Below are positions 35,719 to 44,304 of a stretch of 64,000 nucleotides of DNA, one piece after another. Source of the stretch: an uncultured Fibrobacteraceae bacterium (GTDB lineage Bacteria > Krumholzibacteriota > Krumholzibacteriia > LZORAL124-64-63); the NCBI GenBank assembly GCA_964399195.1, contig CAYNPY010000006.1, positions 9,621-73,620 on the forward strand. The letters run 5' to 3'. The translations under genes were made by a program, and so were the position numbers. A model generated the notes under the pieces. The model had not been told where the DNA came from, made no database searches, and worked only from the letters and a program-made list of their open reading frames with translations. Within the stretch, counting starts at the first letter, position 1, and every line of letters begins with the position of its first letter.

Positions 35719-37537
35719 GGTAGTCCAGGGGCTTGCGGTAGATGGGATCGGTCGCCCGGTCATGGCAGACCAGGCACAGGTTCACGGCGAAGAAGCGACG
35801 CGCTTCCTCGTTGTCCAGCGGACGGGCGCCGTCGCGGCTCATCGCCGCGTGAGCGCTGATGCGGCCGTCGTTCTCGTGCAGGAAGCCGTCGAGCGGCTTG
35901 CGCGGATCCTTCTCGCACAGCAGCGTGCCCCGCAATCGCCCGCGCTCGACGACGTGCTGGCCGAAGCCGAGGAACGCGGGATTGCCGTGACATTCGCCGC
36001 AGCCGACGGCGCGCGTCCCGATGTTGTGGCCGAAGAACGGCGCAAAGCGCAACTGGCGGCGGCCGCGGAAAGTGGCCACTTCCTCGTCGCGCGAGAGCGT
36101 GCCATCCGGCTCGATCACGTTGATGAACGTCTGGCAGCCAGGCGTGACCGTGCCGATGCGGCCCTTCGTGTCGACCGCCAGCGGGAACGGGTACAGGGCG
36201 CGCACGTCCTCGGTCTCGCTGAACGAGCCGATGGTGGCCCGGCCGGCCAGGTAATCCCAGCCGTACTCGCGTTTGTCGTAGGTGGTGTGGCAGCCGTAGC
36301 ACTGAACGACCGTGCGCGAGTGGCAGGCATGGCAGGCCATGCGCTCGTGGCCGACGATGGTGTGGGCCGCGGTGCCCGTGACGACCGGACTGCGCAGCAC
36401 GCGCCCGCTGCGCTTGAGCATCACGCCCACCTGCCCGCCGTCGTCGAAGACGTTGGCGTACGGCCGCCCCTTGCCCGTCAAGGCGGCGCGCGCGCCGGCG
36501 GGCCGCCGGCTTCCGTACTGGCGGGATTCGAGCGCGGGCGGCTCGTGTTCGCCCCAGGCGACGGCGAAACGCGGCGCCCGCGTCCCGCTGCCGTGGCAAT
36601 CCTCGCAGCCGATCTCCAGCTGCCCGTGCAGGCCGGCGGAGGCGTAGCCCTCGCCCATCACCTCGCGGGAGGTGTGGCAGTCGATGCACTCCATCCCTGC
36701 GGCGAAATGCACGTCGGGCGCGATGTGCGAGAAGTTGCGGCCGTCGCTGCCGGGCACCGGGCCGGGCCGGCCGTCCTTCGTGGGCACCAGGCCGTTGTTG
36801 CCGTCGTTGAGGCCCTGGTAGGCCAGCGCCACGCGGCCGCTGCGGTGGTGGCAGCGCAGGCAGGCCTCCATCGTCGGCAGGCCCTCCATCGCGTGGGTCC
36901 GGCTGTGCGGCGAACGGCCGCGCATCGTCGGGTCGCCGCCGCGGTAGGTCGCGTCCGCGGCCCAGGGGAAGTGGCAGGCCGCGCAGCCGGCGGCGTGCCC
37001 GGCGCCGTCGGCGGCATCGTTCTGCTTCGCGACATGGCAACGCGCGCAGAACTTCCGGTAGAGATCCCCGGCCAGGTTGTCCAGCGCGACCACCGAAGTG
37101 TGCGTGAGGGGCTCGCCGTCCAGGTCGTGCAGACGCGCATCGCGCGCCGCGTAGGTGACGCTGTCGCGCCGGCCCTCCCACGTCGCCTGGATCTGCGCGA
37201 TCATGCCCGCGTTGGTGTACATCTGGCTGCTGCGCATGCGCTCGAGCTGGTGCGGGTGGCACCCGCCGCAGCCGCGCTCCCAGCGCCCGGCGTACGAAGG
37301 ATCGGCCAGGCCGAAGATGCCGCGATGCGCGGCGTCCTTGTCGCGCGCGTCGGGGTTGCCGCCGTGGCAGGACACGCAGCCCGCGTGCGTCGGCGAGGCG
37401 GTCTCGATCCCCTCGTGGCAGTCGAGGCAGCGCTCGCGGGCCGACTCCGCCGACCGGGCCGCGCCGCCGCACGCCGCCAGCCGCGGCAGCAGGGCCGCCA
37501 GGGCCAGAAGCAGGATGATGCCGGCGGGCGCGCGCAT
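35669..37537 (-). CDS. dodecaheme c-type cytochrome lipoprotein
   Basis: Lipoprotein signal MRAPAGIILLLALAALLPRLAAC. Twelve CxxCH motifs. Start chosen at the signal peptide, but no SD is seen there. Confidence 0.8.
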   Translation of the reverse strand: MRAPAGIILLLALAALLPRLAACGGAARSAESARERCLDCHEGIETASPTHAGCVSCHGGNPDARDKDAAHRGIFGLADPSYAGRWERGCGGCHPHQLERMRSSQMYTNAGMIAQIQATWEGRRDSVTYAARDARLHDLDGEPLTHTSVVALDNLAGDLYRKFCARCHVAKQNDAADGAGHAAGCAACHFPWAADATYRGGDPTMRGRSPHSRTHAMEGLPTMEACLRCHHRSGRVALAYQGLNDGNNGLVPTKDGRPGPVPGSDGRNFSHIAPDVHFAAGMECIDCHTSREVMGEGYASAGLHGQLEIGCEDCHGSGTRAPRFAVAWGEHEPPALESRQYGSRRPAGARAALTGKGRPYANVFDDGGQVGVMLKRSGRVLRSPVVTGTAAHTIVGHERMACHACHSRTVVQCYGCHTTYDKREYGWDYLAGRATIGSFSETEDVRALYPFPLAVDTKGRIGTVTPGCQTFINVIEPDGTLSRDEEVATFRGRRQLRFAPFFGHNIGTRAVGCGECHGNPAFLGFGQHVVERGRLRGTLLCEKDPRKPLDGFLHENDGRISAHAAMSRDGARPLDNEEARRFFAVNLCLVCHDRATDPIYRKPLDYHALDDSLHRRLLAAGR

Positions 37538-37850
37538 GGCGCAAATATAGGAGGCGGGTGCTCGGGGAGCGCAGGGAAAACCGCTGTTCGGGATCTCGTA
37601 ATTTTGCGAATGGGAAGCAGTTGCCATGATTGCGCCGAGTGGTCTTGACTGTGATGGCGATTCTCATTGTCGGAACCGCGCACACGGTGACGAAGTCACG
37701 CGCTGGCGCCGGCGCAAGTGGCGACGGCGGCGCAACTGCACGCCGTGCCGTCGTTTGCCGCCCTCGGTACCGCGTGCTACCTTCGGGACCAGGAACCGTC
37801 GGCAAGGACGCGCCAGCGGCGCGGACCCACGAATCGACAGGGGGCATGCC

Positions 37851-38108
37851 ATGAACAAGACGCGCGTCGGCCTGGTGCTGGTGCTGCTGGTCAGCCTGGT
37901 GATCGGGGTGCTGGCGGGCCTCGTCTTCCTGAGCCTGTTCAAGAGCCAGGTGCCCGCGGCGGCGCTGTCGGACTTCGTCAAGACGTCCTCGCCGGTCACG
38001 TTCGTCGGCACGGGGCTCGGCTTCGGCGTGGTCATCGCGCTGTGGTCCGTGCTGGTCGCCTGGGTCGCGCCGCGGTTCCGCGGCAAGGGACCGGACAGGC
38101 TGGCCTGA
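37851..38108 (+). CDS. small membrane protein (2 TM helices)
   Basis: 85 aa, MNKTRVGLVLVLLVSLVIGVLAGLVFL.... It lies immediately upstream of hypA. Confidence 0.45.
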   Translation: MNKTRVGLVLVLLVSLVIGVLAGLVFLSLFKSQVPAAALSDFVKTSSPVTFVGTGLGFGVVIALWSVLVAWVAPRFRGKGPDRLA

Positions 38109-38114
38109 GGTCCC

Positions 38115-38450
38115 ATGCACGAGATGACCATCGTCGCCGGCGTGCTGGAGATCGCCCACCGCCGGGCCCTGGACGCCGGCGCCGCGCGGATCAACTGCGT
38201 GACGCTGGAGGTGGGCAGGCTGGCGGGCGTCGAGGTCGAGGCGCTGCGCTTCTGCTTCGGCGCCGCGCGCGAGGGGCTGTCGGCGGGCGCCGAACTGGAG
38301 ATCCGCGAGGTGCCCGGCCGCGGCGCGTGCCCGGCCTGCGGCGCGGCGCGGGACGTGGACGAGCTGGCCGCGCTGTGCGACGGCTGCGGCGGCGTGCTGG
38401 AGATCAGCGGCGGGCGGGAACTGCGCGTGCTGGCGCTGAACGTCGATTGA
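38115..38450 (+). CDS. hypA: hydrogenase nickel incorporation protein HypA
   Basis: MHE N-terminus (Ni site). CPACG...CDGCG zinc motif. Confidence 0.9.
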   Translation: MHEMTIVAGVLEIAHRRALDAGAARINCVTLEVGRLAGVEVEALRFCFGAAREGLSAGAELEIREVPGRGACPACGAARDVDELAALCDGCGGVLEISGGRELRVLALNVD

Positions 38451-38490
38451 CGCGCGCCGACGGCGGCCGGCCCCGGAACGGAGGCCTCCC

Positions 38491-39321
38491 ATGTGCGACA
38501 CCTGCGGCTGCGGCCAGCCCGCCGAAGACGTCACGATCCGCCGGCCGGGCGAGGCACACGCCCATGACCACGATCACGGGCACGGCCACCACCATCACCA
38601 CGATCACCACCGCCACGACCATCATCACCACCATCACGACGAACCGCGCGCGGGCAACCCGCGCGAGATCGCCGTGGCCGAGGCCGTGCTGGCCGGCAAC
38701 GACCGGCAGGCGCTGCTGAACCGCGGCTGGTTCGGCGGGCGCGGCGTGCTGGCGCTGAACCTGGTCTCCTCGCCGGGGGCCGGCAAGACGACGCTGCTGG
38801 AGCGCACCATCGCCGACCTGAAGGGCGAATGGCCCCTGTGCGTGATCGAGGGCGACCAGCGGACGACGCGGGACGCCGAGCGCATCGAGGCCGCCGGCGC
38901 GCCCGCCGTTCAGGTCAACACCGGCAAGGGCTGTCACCTGGACGCCGACATGGTCTGGCGGGCCTGCGCGAAGCTGCAGCCGGCGCCCGGTTCGGTGCTG
39001 ATGATCGAGAACGTGGGCAACCTGGTCTGCCCCGCCCTGTTCGACCTGGGCGAGGCGGCGAAGGTCGTCATCATCAGCGTCACCGAGGGCGACGACAAGC
39101 CGCTGAAGTACCCGCACATGTTCGCGGCTGCTCAATTGTGCCTGGTCAACAAGCTGGACCTGTTGCCGCACGTGCGCTTCGACGTCAACGCCTGCGAACA
39201 GGCCGCCCGCGCGGTGAACCCGCGCCTGGAGATCCTGCGCGTGTCGGCCACCACGGGCGAGGGCCTGGACCGCTGGTACGACTGGGTGCGCGCGCGGCGC
39301 GCGGCGGCGACGGGCGCCTGA
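38491..39321 (+). CDS. hypB: hydrogenase nickel incorporation GTPase HypB with a His-rich stretch
   Basis: N-terminal CxxCGC. HAHDHDHGHGHHHHHDHHRHDHHHHHH. P-loop SSPGAGKTT. ENVGNLVCP. Confidence 0.95.
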   Translation: MCDTCGCGQPAEDVTIRRPGEAHAHDHDHGHGHHHHHDHHRHDHHHHHHDEPRAGNPREIAVAEAVLAGNDRQALLNRGWFGGRGVLALNLVSSPGAGKTTLLERTIADLKGEWPLCVIEGDQRTTRDAERIEAAGAPAVQVNTGKGCHLDADMVWRACAKLQPAPGSVLMIENVGNLVCPALFDLGEAAKVVIISVTEGDDKPLKYPHMFAAAQLCLVNKLDLLPHVRFDVNACEQAARAVNPRLEILRVSATTGEGLDRWYDWVRARRAAATGA

Positions 39322-39323
39322 AC

Positions 39324-41708
39324 ATGGATCCCGATGCCGATCCCGGCCCGGTGCGCGTCCGCCTGACGGTGCGCGGCATCGTGCAGGGCGTCGGCTTCCG
39401 GCCCTTCGTGCACCGGCTTGCGACTCAGGAAGGGCTGAGCGGCAGCGTCGTCAACACCGGCGCCGGCGTGGTGATCGAGGCGCAGGGTCCGCCTCCGGCC
39501 ATCGGCCGCTTCGGGCGGCGCCTGCGCGCCGAGGCGCCGCCGCTGGCGGCGATCCACGACGTGACCAGCGTGCTGTTGCCGCCGGTGCCGGGCGAGGGCT
39601 TCGTGATCGACGCCTCGCGCCCGCAGGCCGGCGCCACCACCGCCGTGCCGCCCGACGTGGCGCTGTGCGCCGACTGCCGCCGCGAGGTGCGCGACCCGTC
39701 CGACCGCCGCTTCGGCTACCCCTTCACCAACTGCACCAACTGCGGCCCGCGCTGGACCATCATCCACGCGCTGCCCTACGACCGCCCGCTGACGAGCATG
39801 GCCGCGTTCGCGATGTGCGACGCCTGCCGCGCCGAGTACGGGGACCCCGCGAACCGCCGCTTCCACGCGCAGCCGAACGCCTGCCCCGCCTGCGGCCCGC
39901 GCGCCTGGCTGTGCGGCGAGGACGGCGCCGGGCGAATCGATGACCGGCCGCTGGCCGCGGCGGCCGCAGCGCTGGCGGCCGGGCTCGTCGTGGCCGTGCG
40001 CGGCCTGGGCGGCTTCCACCTGGCGGTGCGCGCCGACCATGAGGAGGCGGTGGCCCGCTTGCGCCGGCGCAAGAACCGGGCGGCCAAGCCGCTGGCGGTG
40101 ATGGCGGCGGACCTGGCGGCGGCGCGCGCGCTGGCGGTCGTGACCCCTGCCGAGGCGGACGCGCTGACCGCACCGGCCGCGCCGATCGTGCTGCTCGAGA
40201 GGCTCGCCGGCGCCGCGATAGCGCCCTCGGTCGCGCCCGGCCACCGCCGCCTCGGCGTGATGCTGCCCCCCACGCCGCTGCACCTGCTGTTGTTCGACGA
40301 GATCGCCGCGCATGGCCTCGGCGCCCTGGTGATGACCAGCGGCAACGTCGCCGACGAGCCGATCTGCATCGGCAACGAAGAGGCGCTCGGGCGCCTGCGC
40401 GGCATCGCCGACCGCTGGCTGCTGCACGACCGGCCCATCGCGCGGCGGGCCGACGACTCGGTGCTGCAACTGACTCCACGCGGGGCGCTTCACGCGCGCC
40501 GCAGCCGCGGCTTCGCGCCCGCGCCGCTGCCGGTCAGCGCGCCGCCGGGCGGCCCGGTGCTGGCCGTGGGCGGCGACCTGAAGAACACGGTCTGCCTCCT
40601 GAAGGACGGCCTGGCCTTTCCCAGTCCGCACGTGGGAGACCTGGACGACCTGGCCACGCGGGCGTTCTTCGAGGAGACGGTGGAGGGCTTGTGCGGGCTG
40701 CTGGACGCCAGACCGGTCGCCCTTGCTTTCGACGAGCATCCCGGCTACGCCGGCTCGCAGTGGGCGCGCCGCGAATGCGAGAAGCGGGGTGTTGTGGGCG
40801 CGGGCGTGCAGCACCACCACGCGCACCTGGCTGCGGTGATGGCCGAGCACGGGCTGGCGGGGCCGTGCCTGGGCGTGATCCTGGACGGCACGGGCTACGG
40901 CGGCGATGGGACCATCTGGGGCGGCGAGCTGCTGGTCGGGGATTTCGTGAACTGCGAGCGCGTCGGCCGCTTCGAGCCCCTGCCGCTGCCGGGCGGCGAC
41001 GCGGCGATCCGCGCGCCATGGCGCATCGCCGTCGGCTACCTGTGGCGGGCGGGGCTGCTGGGCGACGACCCGGCGCAGGCGCCCGCCCGCTTGGCGGCGG
41101 ACTGGCCCGCCCTGGCGCGGTGGCCGGTCGCCGGCGTGCTGGAGATGCTTGAACGCAACCTGAACTGCCCGCCCACCAGCAGCTGCGGCCGCCTCTTCGA
41201 CGCCGTCGCGGCGCTCTGCGGCACCTGCCATGAGGCCGCCTACGAGGCGCAGGCGGCGATGGAGTTCATGGCGCTGACCGATGCCGCAGCGGTCGCGGCT
41301 GCCGCGCCGCTGCCCAGCGTGCTCGAGGAGTTGCGCCGGCGCCAGTCGGCGGGCGCGGGCGGCGCGCTGCTCGAACTGCCTGCCGCGGCGATCGTGCGCG
41401 GCGCCGCCGCCATGCTGCAGGCCGGCGGGGATGCGGCCGCCGTCAGCGCCGCCTTCCACCGCACGCTCGCGGACCTGCTGGCCGAAGCGGTCGGGCTGGT
41501 CCTTGCCGATCGTCCCGGCCTGCCCGTGGCGTGCGGCGGCGGCGTGTTCCTCAACGCGGTCCTGGCCGAGGCGCTCGGCGAGCGGCTGGAACAGCGCGGC
41601 CTTCGCGCGCACTTGCCGCGAGCGGTCTCCCCCGGCGACGGCGGCCTGGCCCTCGGGCAGGCCCTGATCGCGGCGCACCGGCTGGCCGCGCGCGCGAACG
41701 CGAACTGA
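39324..41708 (+). CDS. hypF: carbamoyltransferase HypF
   Basis: Acylphosphatase domain (VRGIVQGVGFRPFV). Two zinc-finger motifs (CADC...CTNCGPR, CDAC...CPACGP). YrdC and Kae1-like domains. Confidence 0.95.
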   Translation: MDPDADPGPVRVRLTVRGIVQGVGFRPFVHRLATQEGLSGSVVNTGAGVVIEAQGPPPAIGRFGRRLRAEAPPLAAIHDVTSVLLPPVPGEGFVIDASRPQAGATTAVPPDVALCADCRREVRDPSDRRFGYPFTNCTNCGPRWTIIHALPYDRPLTSMAAFAMCDACRAEYGDPANRRFHAQPNACPACGPRAWLCGEDGAGRIDDRPLAAAAAALAAGLVVAVRGLGGFHLAVRADHEEAVARLRRRKNRAAKPLAVMAADLAAARALAVVTPAEADALTAPAAPIVLLERLAGAAIAPSVAPGHRRLGVMLPPTPLHLLLFDEIAAHGLGALVMTSGNVADEPICIGNEEALGRLRGIADRWLLHDRPIARRADDSVLQLTPRGALHARRSRGFAPAPLPVSAPPGGPVLAVGGDLKNTVCLLKDGLAFPSPHVGDLDDLATRAFFEETVEGLCGLLDARPVALAFDEHPGYAGSQWARRECEKRGVVGAGVQHHHAHLAAVMAEHGLAGPCLGVILDGTGYGGDGTIWGGELLVGDFVNCERVGRFEPLPLPGGDAAIRAPWRIAVGYLWRAGLLGDDPAQAPARLAADWPALARWPVAGVLEMLERNLNCPPTSSCGRLFDAVAALCGTCHEAAYEAQAAMEFMALTDAAAVAAAAPLPSVLEELRRRQSAGAGGALLELPAAAIVRGAAAMLQAGGDAAAVSAAFHRTLADLLAEAVGLVLADRPGLPVACGGGVFLNAVLAEALGERLEQRGLRAHLPRAVSPGDGGLALGQALIAAHRLAARANAN

Positions 41709-41720
41709 ACGGAGACGAGC

Positions 41721-41990
41721 ATGTGCCTGGCCATCCCCGGACGCATCACCGAACGCTTCGACGAGGCCGGACTGCCCATGGCCCGCGTCGACTACGCGGG
41801 CGCCGTGGCGGCGGCCTGCCTGTCCTACACGCCGGAAGCGCAGGTCGGCGACTACGTGCTGGTGCACGCCGGCTTCGCGCTGCAGGTGCTGAATGAAGCG
41901 GAAGCGCGGGCCAGCCTGGCCGAGATCGCGCGCCTGGCCGAGATCGTGGAGCTGGGCGACACGCCCGCCGACGAACGGGACCCGTCGTGA
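41721..41990 (+). CDS. hypC: hydrogenase assembly chaperone HypC
   Basis: MCLAIPG N-terminus with the essential Cys2. Confidence 0.9.
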   Translation: MCLAIPGRITERFDEAGLPMARVDYAGAVAAACLSYTPEAQVGDYVLVHAGFALQVLNEAEARASLAEIARLAEIVELGDTPADERDPS

Positions 41991-43081
41991 AGTTCCTGGC
42001 CGAGTACCGCGACCCTGAACTGGCCCGCGCGCTGGTCGCGCAGCTCGGGCGCGCCGCCACCCGCCCGTGGACGGTCATGGAGATCTGCGGCGGCCAGACG
42101 CACAGCATCCTGCGCCACGGCATCGACCAGGTGCTGCCCGCGGGCCTGACGCTGGTGCACGGCCCTGGCTGCCCGGTCTGCGTGACGCCGCTGGAGACCA
42201 TCGACCGCGCGGTCGCGATCGCCGGGCTGCCCGGCGTGATCCTGGCCAGCTTCGGCGACATGCTGCGCGTGCCCGGCTCGCGCGGGAGCCTGCTGGAGGC
42301 GCGCAGCCGCGGCGCCGACGTGCGCATGGTCTACTCGCCGCTCGAGGCGCTGGCCCTGGCGCGCGCGCACCCCGACCGCGAGGTCGTCTTCCTGGCCGTC
42401 GGCTTCGAGACCACCGCGCCGGGCAACGCGATGGCCGCCCGCGCCGCCGCCGATCAGGGTCTGCGCAACTACAGCCAACTGGTCAGCCACGTGCTGGTGC
42501 CGCCGGCGATGTCGGCGATCCTCGAGTCGCCCGGCTGCCGCGTGGACGCCTTCCTGGCCGCGGGACACGTCTGCACCGTGACCGGCTGGCGACCGTACGA
42601 GGCGGTCGCCGCGCGCCACCGGGTGCCCATCGTCGCCACGGGCTTCGAGCCGGTGGACATCCTGGACGGGCTGGTGCAGGCGGTCACGCTTCTGGAGGCC
42701 GGTCAGGCGCGCGTGGTCAACCGCTACGCGCGCGCGGTCACGCCTGACGGCAACGCCGCGGCGCAGGCGACCGTCGACCGCATGTACCGCGCTTGCGACC
42801 GCAAGTGGCGCGGCATCGGCGTCATTCCGCGGAGCGGCCTCGAGCTGCGCCCCGAATACGGGGCCTGGGACGCGGCGCGCAAGTTCGCCGTCGGCGACAT
42901 CGAGCCCGACGAGCCGTCGCAGTGCATCGCCGGCCTGGTCCTGCAGGGCCGCGCGAAGCCGCCCGACTGCCCCGCCTTCGGTCGCGAGTGCACCCCGCAG
43001 ACGCCGCTGGGCGCCACCATGGTCTCGGGCGAGGGCGCCTGCGCCGCCTGGTTCCGCTACGGAAGGAAGGCCCCGTCGTGA
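41987..43081 (+). CDS. hypD: hydrogenase formation protein HypD
   Basis: EICGGQTH, GPGCPVCV, FETT, and the C-terminal Cys cluster. Confidence 0.95.
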   Translation: MKFLAEYRDPELARALVAQLGRAATRPWTVMEICGGQTHSILRHGIDQVLPAGLTLVHGPGCPVCVTPLETIDRAVAIAGLPGVILASFGDMLRVPGSRGSLLEARSRGADVRMVYSPLEALALARAHPDREVVFLAVGFETTAPGNAMAARAAADQGLRNYSQLVSHVLVPPAMSAILESPGCRVDAFLAAGHVCTVTGWRPYEAVAARHRVPIVATGFEPVDILDGLVQAVTLLEAGQARVVNRYARAVTPDGNAAAQATVDRMYRACDRKWRGIGVIPRSGLELRPEYGAWDAARKFAVGDIEPDEPSQCIAGLVLQGRAKPPDCPAFGRECTPQTPLGATMVSGEGACAAWFRYGRKAPS

Positions 43082-44304
43082 GCGACCGCCCCGACTTCAG
43101 CGGCTTCAACTGCCCGCTCCCGCGACTGGACCACGACACCGTGCAGATGGCGCACGGCGCCGGCGGCCGCCTCTCGCAGGACCTGTTCGAGCGGCTGATC
43201 CTGCCGCGCTTCGCCAGCCCCGAGCTGGCCCCGCGCGAGGACGGCGCGCTGCTGGACCTGCCGCCGGGCCGCGTCGCGTTCAGCACCGACACCTTCGTGG
43301 TCACGCCGCTGTTCTTCCCGGGCGGCGACATCGGCAAGCTGGCCGTCTGCGGCACGGTCAACGACGTGGCGATGATGGGCGCGGCGCCACAGGTGATTTC
43401 GGTGGCGTTCGTGCTGGAGGAGGGCTGGCCGCTGGCGGACTTCCACCGGGTGCTGTGCTCGATGGAGGCGACCGCGCGGCAGGCCGGCGTCCGGGTGGTG
43501 ACCGGCGACACCAAGGTCGTGGGTCGCGGGCAGTGCGACGGAATCTACATCAACACCAGCGGCCTCGGCACGGTTCCGGAGGGACGACGGCTGGGCGTGG
43601 CGCGCATCGGCGACGGCGACGCCGTGCTGGTGTCCGGCCCGGTCGGCGACCACGGCACGGCGATCCTGACCGCGCGCGCGGGCCTGTCGGTGCAGACGGA
43701 GCTGGCCAGCGACTGCGCGCCTCTCAACGGCCTGGTCGAGGAGCTGCTGGCCTGCGGCGCCGACGTGAAGGCGCTGCGCGATCCCACGCGCGGCGGGTTG
43801 GCGGCGGTGCTCAACGAGTTCGCGTCCGGCGCGCGGATGGGCATCACGGTGGAAGATGGCGCCGTGCCCGTGCGGCCGCCGGTGGCGGGCGTGTGCGAGA
43901 TGCTGGGGCTGGACCCGCTGCACTCCGCTTGCGAAGGCAGGCTGGTGGCGGTGGTGGCGGCCGGTGACGCGCAGCGGGCGCTGGCGGCGCTGCGCGCGCA
44001 CGCGCTGGGCGCGGAGGCGACGGTCATCGGGCGCGTCGTGGCGGCGCATCCCGGCGTGGTGGCGCTGCGGACGGGACTCGGGGTGGAGCGGGTGCTGGAC
44101 ATGCCGCTGGGCGAGCAACTGCCGCGGATGTGCTTGGGGGGGGGCGCCCCGTGGGGGTCCCCCGCGGCGGGGGCGGCCGGCCCTTTGGGCCCGGGGGCCC
44201 GGCCGCCCCCCGGGGGGGGGGCCCCGCCGCGCGGTCGCGTTGTCGCCGCTCAGTTCACCGGCGAGATCAGCACGTCCACCTCGAACGTGAAGTCCGAGCT
44301 GTAG
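43078..44304 (+). CDS. hypE: hydrogenase maturation protein HypE; the ORF runs 57 codons past the canonical C-terminal ...PRMC
   Basis: GTG overlaps the hypD stop. AIR-synthase-like fold motifs are present. The conserved C-terminal GEQLPR[IM]C ends at 44133, but the next codon is TTG and the first stop is at 44302-44304, inside the convergent gene. Confidence 0.85.
   Translation: MSDRPDFSGFNCPLPRLDHDTVQMAHGAGGRLSQDLFERLILPRFASPELAPREDGALLDLPPGRVAFSTDTFVVTPLFFPGGDIGKLAVCGTVNDVAMMGAAPQVISVAFVLEEGWPLADFHRVLCSMEATARQAGVRVVTGDTKVVGRGQCDGIYINTSGLGTVPEGRRLGVARIGDGDAVLVSGPVGDHGTAILTARAGLSVQTELASDCAPLNGLVEELLACGADVKALRDPTRGGLAAVLNEFASGARMGITVEDGAVPVRPPVAGVCEMLGLDPLHSACEGRLVAVVAAGDAQRALAALRAHALGAEATVIGRVVAAHPGVVALRTGLGVERVLDMPLGEQLPRMCLGGGAPWGSPAAGAAGPLGPGARPPPGGGAPPRGRVVAAQFTGEISTSTSNVKSEL
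44134..44249. repeat. G/C-homopolymer-rich palindromic spacer
   Basis: G runs of 9, 5, 5, 3, 5 and 10 interleave with C runs of 4, 5, 3, 3, 3, 6 and 4. Nested palindromes: GGGGCGCCCC, GGGGGTCCCCC, GGCCGGCC, GGGCCC, CCCCCCGGGGGG. A hairpin of about 15 bp can form (44169-44183 with 44195-44210). Confidence 0.7.

Noticed and set aside
37612..37626. Sigma54-type promoter (TGGCAACTGCTTCCC on the minus strand) upstream of the dodecaheme cytochrome operon.
   Set aside because: The -24 GG is present, but the -12 element reads TCCC instead of TTGC at the required spacing. No enhancer-binding protein gene is nearby. The match is too weak to call.
38560..38640. CAC/CAT-rich DNA read as a tandem-repeat element.
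   Set aside because: It simply encodes the poly-His/Asp nickel-storage stretch of HypB. It is in frame and flanked by conserved HypB sequence.
43078..44133. Could the AIR-synthase-like gene be selenophosphate synthetase SelD rather than HypE?
   Set aside because: It ends in the HypE-specific GEQLPRMC motif, lacks the N-terminal Cys/Sec-Gly-rich SelD loop, and sits in a hypABFCDE array.
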